From NCBI GenBank assembly GCA_003518055.1, contig DOZJ01000006.1:43837-107836 (forward strand): a DNA stretch of 64,000 nucleotides, in the 5' to 3' direction. Of the stretch, positions 19,467 to 27,485 are shown one piece after another. Position numbers and translations under genes: made by a program. A model generated the notes under the pieces. The model made no database searches, had not been told where the DNA came from, and saw nothing but the letters and a program-made list of their open reading frames with translations. Position 1 is the first letter of the stretch. Each line of letters opens with the position of its first letter. Origin of the DNA: Candidatus Falkowbacteria bacterium. Its GTDB lineage: Bacteria > Patescibacteriota > Patescibacteriia > UBA11705.

Positions 19467-20297
19467 TCACAGAACGATTTTCATGCCTTTGATGGGCGGC
19501 ATGGGGGCGTATTGTTTTTCCAGTTTATCAACGATTTCATAGACCAGACTTTCATCACCTTGTTCCGCTCGGGCAAAATATTCCGGCTGGGCTTCGAAGT
19601 AAATCGGCGAGTGAGTGTTGTTCCGCTCAACCAATTCCCAAGCGTGTTCATAATGGATGTCGTAGATGTGCGCGTTGCTGATTGAGTGGGTTAATTTGCC
19701 GGGCTGGACGCCAAGCCGAGCGGCCAGAATACATTGGAGGAGAGCAAAGCCGGCCACATCATGAGGGCAGCCGAGCATCATATCATTGCTGCGAACAATG
19801 CTGTGTATATGGAGTTTGTTGCCGATAATGTTGGCGGTCCAGGTGTACGGGCAGGGGACATTTTTTTTGGTTTCCGGATTACCGAGTCCATCCTCGCGCG
19901 GATCCCAAGTAATTACAACTCCGTGGCGAGAGCCCGGGCTGTCTTCAAGATGTTTGATCAATAATCCCAGTTGATCGCGGCCAAAGGCGCTGCGCCACCG
20001 ATGGCCATAAGCGGCCGGAATGGTGCCGTCTTGTTCCGTAAAAGCATCCCAGATTTTGGTGAATTTGCCGACAAACTCATCGGGTTTTTGGCTGCCCATA
20101 ATATACCAAATTTGTTCAGCGACAAAAATTTTAATCGGAATTTTTCGCAGGGTTAACAATGGAAAACCTTGATCCAATTCAAAAGTCAATCCGGGAATGA
20201 TTTTGGTGCTATGGCCGGTTCTCTCATTATACTCCTCAAATCCCTGATTCATAATCCGGAGGATGGCGTCTTTGAATTGTTGGTCGAATTGAGTCAT
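19467..20297 (-). CDS. thyA: thymidylate synthase-family enzyme with Asp at the Asn177-equivalent position (possible dCMP C5-methyl/hydroxymethyltransferase)
   Basis: FPLLTLRK, AYGHRWR, catalytic PC, RSNDMMLGCPHD and HIYD.H motifs. Confidence 0.9.
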   Translation of the reverse strand: MTQFDQQFKDAILRIMNQGFEEYNERTGHSTKIIPGLTFELDQGFPLLTLRKIPIKIFVAEQIWYIMGSQKPDEFVGKFTKIWDAFTEQDGTIPAAYGHRWRSAFGRDQLGLLIKHLEDSPGSRHGVVITWDPREDGLGNPETKKNVPCPYTWTANIIGNKLHIHSIVRSNDMMLGCPHDVAGFALLQCILAARLGVQPGKLTHSISNAHIYDIHYEHAWELVERNNTHSPIYFEAQPEYFARAEQGDESLVYEIVDKLEKQYAPMPPIKGMKIVL

Positions 20298-20520
20298 GAG
20301 GGGGAGAGATTGAGAGAATTAAGAGATTGAGAGAATTAAGAATAATCACTTAATCTCTAAATCAGCTTAATTTCTTTATTTCTTGTTTCTTCATTTTAGC
20401 AGATACAACCCAGCTGGCAAAATCGGGCTTGTGGATTGGAATTCTTTATAAATAAGACAAATTGACAACCATGTTTCTATGTGTTATTGTTTGCTGTTGC
20501 CACCAAAGGAGGGGAAGGAA

Positions 20521-20811
20521 ATGAAACAGGCATTGAAAGCTATTTTCCCATATATGTATAGTATGGGATATCAGGTAAATAATGGTGAGCCGTTTGAAGT
20601 TGAAGAACCGGTTTTGATTTTACAGTATGACGATGGTCTTCGATTGATGCTTAGAAAAAGCCAAAAAGGTGGTATGACGGTGGAAAAAATCGGCCGAGTG
20701 AAATTTGGCAAGCTGCGACGGAAGATTGAAGTTGAAGCGCCGGAATCCTTGTGGTTAATGGTTCGAGGATGGTTTGACGGTTCCTTTGAAATGTTTTTTC
20801 TTAGCGATTGA
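20521..20811 (+). CDS. hypothetical protein (orphan)
   Basis: Promoter TTGACA-17-TATTGT (20462-20490), purine-rich SD, ATG 20521. Confidence 0.7.
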   Translation: MKQALKAIFPYMYSMGYQVNNGEPFEVEEPVLILQYDDGLRLMLRKSQKGGMTVEKIGRVKFGKLRRKIEVEAPESLWLMVRGWFDGSFEMFFLSD

Positions 20812-20848
20812 TTTTGGTGTCAAAAAATATCAGGGAAAGAGAGGCCAC

Positions 20849-21089
20849 ATGAAAGCCGTAACCGCGAGTGCTCATTTTACATCCAATACATGATCTTGGC
20901 AGAAAAGGAGAGTGGATTCAAGAAGAAGGGTTCAATGTGAGGTTTGAGGTCAAGAAACTGAAGCTCGTGGATTTTAAACAGTTTGAGGATATTCGTGAGG
21001 TGAATGTTCCTGCGTGGCTGTTTGAGATGGCCAAAGCCGCGGCAGAAGGATTCTTCGGAAGCATTGAGAAACAGTTGAAATTGGAATAA
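20849..21089 (+). pseudogene. probable frameshifted paralogue of 20521..20811
   Basis: SD-led ATG 20849 is out of frame with ORF 20868..21089; EVNVPAWLFEM resembles EVEAPESLWLM. Confidence 0.45.
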
Positions 21090-21170
21090 TAAATCATACC
21101 CAGTGAAATTCACTGGTTTTTTTGTATAAAAAACACCAGCGAAACCGCCGGTATTTTTTATTGGTGAAAT

Positions 21171-21863
21171 TTAGATGTTTTTGAGATCAATTCTCAAGCC
21201 AGGTCCCATCGTTGTCGTTAGACTAATCGATTTGATGAATACTCCTTTTGACGTATCTGGTTTGGCTTTTTCAAGCGCTTCCATGAAAGCGCGGAAATTA
21301 TCAGCGATTTGAGCCGCGTCAAAAGAGACTTTGCCAATCACTTGATGAACATTGGCGGTATCATCGTTTTTGAAAGCGATTTTACCTTTTTTCAATTCTT
21401 CAACTGTTTTTTTCACGTTTGTAGTGATGGTTTCGTTTTTCGGTGACGGCATCAAGCCTTTTGGTCCGAGAATGCGGGCGATCACGGCCATTGGTTTCAT
21501 CATGTCCGGAGTGGCGACGGCGACATCGAAGTCGCACTTGCCGCTTTTTTTGATTTCTTCAATCAGGTCAACTTCGCCGACCAAATCAGCACCCGCTTCT
21601 TTGGCTTCTTTGGCTTTGTCGCCGGCCGCGAATACGGCTACGCGGACTTTTTTGCCGATACCATGAGGCAGAATGACGGTTGAGCGAATTTGCTGTTCAC
21701 CTTTTTTCGGGTCAATACCGATGCGGAAGTGAGCTTCAAAAGATTCATCGAATTTGGCGGTCGCGGTTTGCTTTAATATTTCCACCGCTTCGACCAGAGA
21801 ATAAACTTTGTTCTTGTCGACTTGAGTGGCAGCGGCTAGAAATCGCTTGGAATGTTTTGGCAT
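21171..21863 (-). CDS. rplA: 50S ribosomal protein L1
   Basis: KFDESFE, LGPKGLMPSPK and TTMGPG motifs. Confidence 0.97.
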   Translation of the reverse strand: MPKHSKRFLAAATQVDKNKVYSLVEAVEILKQTATAKFDESFEAHFRIGIDPKKGEQQIRSTVILPHGIGKKVRVAVFAAGDKAKEAKEAGADLVGEVDLIEEIKKSGKCDFDVAVATPDMMKPMAVIARILGPKGLMPSPKNETITTNVKKTVEELKKGKIAFKNDDTANVHQVIGKVSFDAAQIADNFRAFMEALEKAKPDTSKGVFIKSISLTTTMGPGLRIDLKNI

Positions 21864-21961
21864 AGATTTTGGCTGAGTCAACGGTAAAAATAAAGTGAAA
21901 CTAATTGAAATTGATGGAAACGGAGAAATTTATAGTTGCAAATTATTTTTTTGACTTAGCT

Positions 21962-22011
21962 TGTGGTGCGAGCGTTAGCCGGATCGCGGAACGCGAAGGC
22001 TGACTCCCACA
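21962..22011 (-). promoter_or_regulatory. L1-binding autoregulatory RNA element
   Basis: Minus strand reads GTGGGAG...ACCAC closing a hairpin in the rplK-rplA spacer, the known L1 target architecture. Confidence 0.7.
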
Positions 22012-22060
22012 GTTTAATTAAATTCAAAATTATAAATACTAAATAACAAATAACAAATCA

Positions 22061-22489
22061 TTAAACTTCTTCGGATTCGACGCCCATTTGACGCGCGGTG
22101 CCGGCAATGATTTTCATTGCTTGTTCGACATCCTTGGTGTTGAGATCAACCAATTTGGCTTCAGCAATACGGCGTAATTGGTCTCTGGTCAATTTTCCTA
22201 CTTTGTCGGTTAATGGTTTTTTTGATCCTTTTTTAAGACCGAGTTCCTTCATGATCAGAGATGAGGCCGGCGGAGTTTTGGTGATGAAGTCAAAAGTACG
22301 ATCTTCATAAACCGTGATGACGGTAGGAACCACGTCGCCAGCGCGATCTTTGGTGGCTTCATTGAATTTGGTGCAAAATTCTTGGATATTCAAGCCGTGT
22401 TGACCCAAAGCCGGTCCAACTGGAGGCGCCGGATTGGCGGCGGCGGCGTTGATTTGCAGTTTGATCTGCGTTAATATTTTTTTGGCCAT
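22061..22489 (-). CDS. rplK: 50S ribosomal protein L11
   Basis: [21 protein letters not shown] and KTPPAS motifs. Confidence 0.98.
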   Translation of the reverse strand: MAKKILTQIKLQINAAAANPAPPVGPALGQHGLNIQEFCTKFNEATKDRAGDVVPTVITVYEDRTFDFITKTPPASSLIMKELGLKKGSKKPLTDKVGKLTRDQLRRIAEAKLVDLNTKDVEQAMKIIAGTARQMGVESEEV

Positions 22490-22716
22490 ATTATGTTACA
22501 AAATTACGAAAGGTTACCAAACATTACGAAAACTTTAAATCACTTGTAACGAATCGGAATTTTGAGTTAAAAAGTGTGTTAATTATATTTGAATGGTCTG
22601 ACTAGAAGCCACGACTGGGTCGTGAATCAGATTGTTTCATTTATATTAATAAATTAAAACTAATTAGAATAATGATTCTAACGTCTTGACAGCATGGTAA
22701 AAGACGTTCGAACTGA

Positions 22717-23262
22717 TTAGATCTGTCTGACTTGCAGGGGGTCCAGTTCAATCGGTGTTTCTCGTCCGAACATAGTCACCGCCACTTTGACTTTGCCTCT
22801 GGTCTGATCAACCTCGTCGATGCGGCCTTCATAATCTTTGAATGGGCCATCGGTAATTTTGACCGGAGTGCCGGGAGTCAGTTCAATCGCGACGGTCGGC
22901 TCTTGGACACCCATACGTTTTTGCAGGGCTTGAATTTCTTGGTCGGAAATCGGAGTCGGGATGGTGCCGGTGCCAATGAAACCGGTGACATTTGGCGTGT
23001 TGCGAACCACATACCAAGAATCATCGGTGACAATCATTTCAACAAAAACATAACCGGGGAAGATTTTTTCCGTGACGGTTTTGCGTTTGCCGTTTTTGAT
23101 GCGGATTTTTTTCTCGGTGGGGATCATGATACCAAAAATTTTGGTTTCCATGTCCATGGATTCAATTCGTTGTTTGAGGTTTTCCGCCACACTTTCTTCG
23201 TGGCCGGTTTGCGTATGAATCACATACCACAGTTTGCCGCGTTCAGAACTTTGTTTTGGCAT
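22717..23262 (-). CDS. nusG: transcription termination/antitermination factor NusG
   Basis: WYVIHT, FPGYVFVEM, VRNTPNVTGF and KOW domain with FGRETP. Confidence 0.97.
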   Translation of the reverse strand: MPKQSSERGKLWYVIHTQTGHEESVAENLKQRIESMDMETKIFGIMIPTEKKIRIKNGKRKTVTEKIFPGYVFVEMIVTDDSWYVVRNTPNVTGFIGTGTIPTPISDQEIQALQKRMGVQEPTVAIELTPGTPVKITDGPFKDYEGRIDEVDQTRGKVKVAVTMFGRETPIELDPLQVRQI

Positions 23263-23287
23263 ATATAATTAGTGAATAGTATAAAAA

Positions 23288-23479
23288 TTAAACGACCAAG
23301 CTGAGCAGGTATTGGAACAGCAAGTCGAGGCCACCGAGAAAAACGGCGACGCCCACGGATACGCTGATGACAATCAAGGTGTACTTGGTGGTTTCCTTTT
23401 TGGTCGGCCAAGTAACTTTGGTCATTTCAACTTTTGCTTCTCGAAGATAATTGAACAAACGGTTGTTTAGTACATTCAT
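23288..23479 (-). CDS. secE: preprotein translocase subunit SecE
   Basis: EMTKVTWP plus one TM; upstream of nusG. Confidence 0.95.
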   Translation of the reverse strand: MNVLNNRLFNYLREAKVEMTKVTWPTKKETTKYTLIVISVSVGVAVFLGGLDLLFQYLLSLVV

Positions 23480-23649
23480 ATTAAATAGTATCCGCGTGAA
23501 CTAAATGTTCAGCGGAGAAGCAAAAATAACGAAAACCAATGGTTTTGTAATGTTATTTTTTGCTTAAAATTAGGGATAAAATTATCTTAAAAAGCCCCAA
23601 AGGGCTAGTTTCAATATAATTATAGCATAAAATTATTTTCCCGCAAGAG

Positions 23650-23736
23650 TAATGGATAAAAATTGGGGATTGACAATGTCGGATAATTTTGGCATGCTAT
23701 AGGGTTCAGCTGATCAGGCGGGACAGACCCATGCAA
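23650..23736 (+). repeat. duplicated promoter+leader module, copy 1
   Basis: Colinear with 24952-25038 (offset 1302); core agggttcagctgatcaggcggg(a/g)cagacccat 31/32 identical. Confidence 0.9.
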
Positions 23737-23754
23737 TACCAAGGAGGAAGCAAG

Positions 23755-24426
23755 ATGAGCGAGAAAAAGGTGGCATTAATCATTGGCGGAACCAGTGATA
23801 TCGGACAAGCGATTATAAAAGTTTTGGAGGTTGAGTATCAGATTTATTTTACTTATTTCAGTAATGATGAATTGGCGAAGAGGACCTCGGGCGTGGGTAT
23901 GCATTGCGATATCCAGAACATCCGGTCGATTCGGATGGTGTTTCGACAGTTCCCTAAGCTGGATCTGATGGTTACTTGCGCTTTTCCCTTTATTGAAAAT
24001 GATGTTTTGGAGTTTTCGAGTTATTTGGAAACTGAGCCATATCTTCGTGGTCATGTGGTGGCGGTTTGCGAAGCCGCCAAGAAAATGAACAGCGGCGGCA
24101 AGGTAATCAATCTTCTCGGGCAATGTGTTGATCGAGGGTTGGCCGGTGCTCCGTATTATGCGGCCGCGTATGCATATCTGCGGAATTTGGCCATGAGTAT
24201 TAACGCGAGTCATGGGCGAGCGGGTAGACTGTCGGTTCACGATATTCTTCTCGGACCGGTAAATACAAAACTGTGGCGAGGCGTGAGTAAGGAAGTTATG
24301 ACTCGCTATCGCAATCTGGTGGCGCGATTTATCGAGCCAAGGGAAGTGGCAGAAGCGGTGCTTTATATTGCTCGGTCAGAAATCGGTCCGACAACATTTA
24401 AACTTGATGCTTTTTACAGTTTATAA
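23755..24426 (+). CDS. atypical short-chain dehydrogenase/reductase
   Basis: GGTSDIG Rossmann motif and GPVNT; YxxxK reads YAAAY; AAGGAGG SD. Confidence 0.8.
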   Translation: MSEKKVALIIGGTSDIGQAIIKVLEVEYQIYFTYFSNDELAKRTSGVGMHCDIQNIRSIRMVFRQFPKLDLMVTCAFPFIENDVLEFSSYLETEPYLRGHVVAVCEAAKKMNSGGKVINLLGQCVDRGLAGAPYYAAAYAYLRNLAMSINASHGRAGRLSVHDILLGPVNTKLWRGVSKEVMTRYRNLVARFIEPREVAEAVLYIARSEIGPTTFKLDAFYSL

Positions 24427-24452
24427 CACTACCAGAAACAGGGGGGAACAAA

Positions 24453-24944
24453 ATGAAAAAGAGAGTGGATTATACTAATGGCAAAGAGGTCGGGGCGGTT
24501 TTGGACAAAGATTCGGGTAAGCTCGGAGCAATTGAAAATTTGACGAGATTAAATGAAAAAGTTGTGGTCATGCTTGGGTGGTATGCAAAATTTCTTTGCT
24601 TTTGTTCGTATACGGTAGTGCAGAAAATGGTTGAATTTGCTCATGATGCAGAAAAGGATATCCCGTATATTCAGCTAGACTTGTTATTTGCATTTGAAGA
24701 ATTCCGCAGTCAAGAACCCATTTTAGCCTCATATACTCGTAGCGAATTATGTGATTGGGCAGGAGAGGAAAAGTTCGTTAATGATTTGACACAGGTATTA
24801 AACGAGAATTATTTGGCCGATACCAGATTTCGAGTGCGGGTAATCTCGTGGATTAATAATACTGGTGGTTTGCTGAGGGTAAGTATTACAAAATGGAACG
24901 CTGAATCGCCGCTGGATTATTTGTCGATTGGCAATGTTTTTTGA
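24453..24944 (+). CDS. hypothetical protein (orphan)
   Basis: G-rich SD; 163 aa. Confidence 0.65.
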   Translation: MKKRVDYTNGKEVGAVLDKDSGKLGAIENLTRLNEKVVVMLGWYAKFLCFCSYTVVQKMVEFAHDAEKDIPYIQLDLLFAFEEFRSQEPILASYTRSELCDWAGEEKFVNDLTQVLNENYLADTRFRVRVISWINNTGGLLRVSITKWNAESPLDYLSIGNVF

Positions 24945-24951
24945 AAATAGA

Positions 24952-25038
24952 TAATGGATAAAAGTTGGAAATAAACAAGGCTGAATAATTTTGGCATAGT
25001 AAAGGGTTCAGCTGATCAGGCGGGGCAGACCCATACAA
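24952..25038 (+). repeat. duplicated promoter+leader module, copy 2
   Basis: See copy 1 at 23650-23736. Confidence 0.9.
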
Positions 25039-25050
25039 CAACAGGGAGGA

Positions 25051-25425
25051 ATGATCGTGACTGAAAAGCGGTCAGAGGTGTTGAATGTGGCGGTAAAGAC
25101 TAAAGACGCGGATGGACGAGTTAGGTCGTCGAAAATTTTGGGTTTGATTATTTATGATGATCGGACGGTGCAAGTTTGTGCTCCGATGGCAAATGATTGG
25201 CGCGTCATTTTGGGATTGGTTGGTTTGGCTAGACGGTTGGAGGGGCGATTGTCAGAGTATTATCTTGAAAAAGGTGAAACACTGAATACCCGGATCGTGT
25301 TGGAGGAAATGAAGCTGGTTGTTCGATCGGTGATGGCTTTGAGTCTGTTTAGTCTGTACCGTTTACCTGATGATGGTACGGCTGAGTTGGTTTTTGGGTT
25401 AGCTGATTGGCCAAATTTGTTTTAG
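25051..25425 (+). CDS. hypothetical protein (orphan)
   Basis: GGAGG SD; terminator at 25444-25470. Confidence 0.65.
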   Translation: MIVTEKRSEVLNVAVKTKDADGRVRSSKILGLIIYDDRTVQVCAPMANDWRVILGLVGLARRLEGRLSEYYLEKGETLNTRIVLEEMKLVVRSVMALSLFSLYRLPDDGTAELVFGLADWPNLF

Positions 25426-25533
25426 GTTTGAATCAAGAAATCTAAACTGAGTGAACCAACTCAGTTTTTTGATCCTTGCGTCTTTGGTAAAAATAATTTA
25501 AGATAAATAATTCCCACCAAGGCGGAGGAATCA

Positions 25534-25914
25534 ATGTCTTATCGAGATGATAGTCAGCTGGTGACCATTGAAAATCAAAATAGAGTCTTGTTTGCCATAT
25601 ATGCGAAAAAGAATAAACGAAATCAGGCTGAAATCACTCATATTGAAATGGCGGAATTTGAATCGGTTGATTGGTTGACTTGGACATCTCTTACAGAATT
25701 TATTAATCGAGTGAAGTCGGCTTTGGAGACGCAGGTGGCGAGCGCAGATCTTAATTTGGCGCTTGTGGTTGATGATGTCCTTCGACGTGCAGGGTTGCAG
25801 TTTCGCGTGAAGCGAGAAAGTAACGGATACAATTCATTTAATTGCCGCAATGGTTCTTGGTGGAAGGTTTTTTATCCCAAAACAGGATCGGAGGATGCCA
25901 ATGAAAATGTTTGA
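25534..25914 (+). CDS. hypothetical protein (orphan)
   Basis: GGAGG SD; promoter-like TTGCGT-17-TAAGAT upstream. Confidence 0.65.
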   Translation: MSYRDDSQLVTIENQNRVLFAIYAKKNKRNQAEITHIEMAEFESVDWLTWTSLTEFINRVKSALETQVASADLNLALVVDDVLRRAGLQFRVKRESNGYNSFNCRNGSWWKVFYPKTGSEDANENV

Positions 25915-26323
25915 TCATGAACGTGGCATTTATATTCACTATGGCCGGCCATATTGCGGCGCGTCCGGGGTATCGAAAATTGAAATCGCGGTTGATCTTG
26001 TGGCAAAAAAATTGAAAATCGTTAAGATTAATATGGAAGCTTGTAGTGATGAATGTCGATCGAGGGTGGATGCTTGGTTGGAAGAATTGGCGGTGGGGGT
26101 GGTTGATTGGAGATTTTCCGTGGTGGTTGAATCGCTTGTTCGGCGGTTGAAAGCGATTGAGGTGTATTTCAGCCATCAGTTTTGTACCTTGGGTAGTGTT
26201 TTGTATGTTAATGCGACAGACCGGACAGCTGAACCTGATGATGAACACGAATGTGTGATTATCCTCAATGATATGTTGAACGATCCCTGGTGGAAACGGC
26301 TGCCGGAAGGGGGTGATCAATGA
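25901..26323 (+). CDS. hypothetical protein, paralogue of 26320..26751
   Basis: GGAGG SD; C-terminal CVIILNDMLNDPWWK. Confidence 0.7.
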   Translation: MKMFDHERGIYIHYGRPYCGASGVSKIEIAVDLVAKKLKIVKINMEACSDECRSRVDAWLEELAVGVVDWRFSVVVESLVRRLKAIEVYFSHQFCTLGSVLYVNATDRTAEPDDEHECVIILNDMLNDPWWKRLPEGGDQ

Positions 26324-26751
26324 CACGGTGTGAAATTGTGATTTCATTTGGCGCTCAGGGCAAGCGGTTGGGGCAGGAGTTGTCGGTATTTGACTTTATC
26401 GTTACGCGCAGTGCGAAATTTTTCGTTGATGGAAATGGCTGGACATTTGTTGAACTTGACGCGAATACCGGCAGTCAAGATAGCCGCAAAGAGAATCAAC
26501 GGGCATTGGAAATTCTGGTGAGAAAGCTGAATGAAAAATTCGGAGTAAATCCCGATGTTGGATTTGAAAATTTGGTGAAGCAGATCTGTGAGGAGATTGA
26601 TGAACGGTTTAATCCGCGGGCGGTCTTCATGCCGAATGCGTGTCCGCCTTTGTTTTCGTCTCGCGTCACGCCGCCTGATAGATGTACGCATTGCCTGATC
26701 ATGCTTAGCGATACACTGGCTGACCCATGGTGGCGTCCGTGGGCTGAGTAA
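26320..26751 (+). CDS. hypothetical protein, paralogue of 25901..26323
   Basis: ATGA overlap; C-terminal CLIMLSDTLADPWWR; terminator at 26755-26780. Confidence 0.7.
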   Translation: MTRCEIVISFGAQGKRLGQELSVFDFIVTRSAKFFVDGNGWTFVELDANTGSQDSRKENQRALEILVRKLNEKFGVNPDVGFENLVKQICEEIDERFNPRAVFMPNACPPLFSSRVTPPDRCTHCLIMLSDTLADPWWRPWAE

Positions 26752-26850
26752 AATAAACTGCTTAAAAGAGCAGTTTTTTTGTTATAATTGACAAAATTGG
26801 ATATTGCTGGTATTATTTGAAGTCAAAACCTCAAACAACTAGGAGGCGGC

Positions 26851-27417
26851 ATGAAACCGAATCGAGGTGAAAGAGTCTTGGCACTGGCGTATGAGCTTTG
26901 GAAGTTGATGAGTCGAGAGACGGATGTTTGGGCTGAGGCTATTTTTGATTGTGAGGAGCAGCTAGCTGTTTATTTGTCAGAGTGTCTGCATTTTCAAGAG
27001 TTTGGACCAAACGTGATTACGGCGGGCTGGAAGAAGGTGGCTCAGGATGCGGGCTCGAATTATCAAATCCCCGATGAGATTTATTGTGATCCTCGGTTGC
27101 AGAGCGCGCTGGATAGTGAGGCTTCGAATGATTTTTACAATATTACGGTGGTTGATATTGATGGCATCAAACGGATGTTCAACGGTGATATTCCTTTTTT
27201 GGCTATTCTTCCGCTTGATGATGAAATCATGACCAGCCTGTGGGGGCTTTATTCCGGGGCTGAAATGCATGATTGTCTATTGGCGGCTTTGACTGAGTTC
27301 AATAAAAAGAATTCGTGTCTCCGAATTGAATTTGCTGTTTTTCACGGAGAAATGGATGACCAAGGTTGTTTGATTCTGGCGTTCAATGATCAGGCTCGGT
27401 GGTTTTATAAGATTTGA
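26851..27417 (+). CDS. hypothetical acidic protein (orphan)
   Basis: Promoter TTGACA-17-TATTAT (26788-26816), AGGAGG SD, terminator at 27417-27441. Confidence 0.7.
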   Translation: MKPNRGERVLALAYELWKLMSRETDVWAEAIFDCEEQLAVYLSECLHFQEFGPNVITAGWKKVAQDAGSNYQIPDEIYCDPRLQSALDSEASNDFYNITVVDIDGIKRMFNGDIPFLAILPLDDEIMTSLWGLYSGAEMHDCLLAALTEFNKKNSCLRIEFAVFHGEMDDQGCLILAFNDQARWFYKI

Positions 27418-27485
27418 GAAGACAAAAAGTCTTCTTTTTTTTATAACAAAACAGCAGGTTAAAACCTGCTGTTTGGATGTTTGGT

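Noticed and set aside
13212-20297. Prophage-borne nucleotide-modification cassette
   Set aside because: No phage structural, replication or integration genes flank it, and composition matches the host genes.
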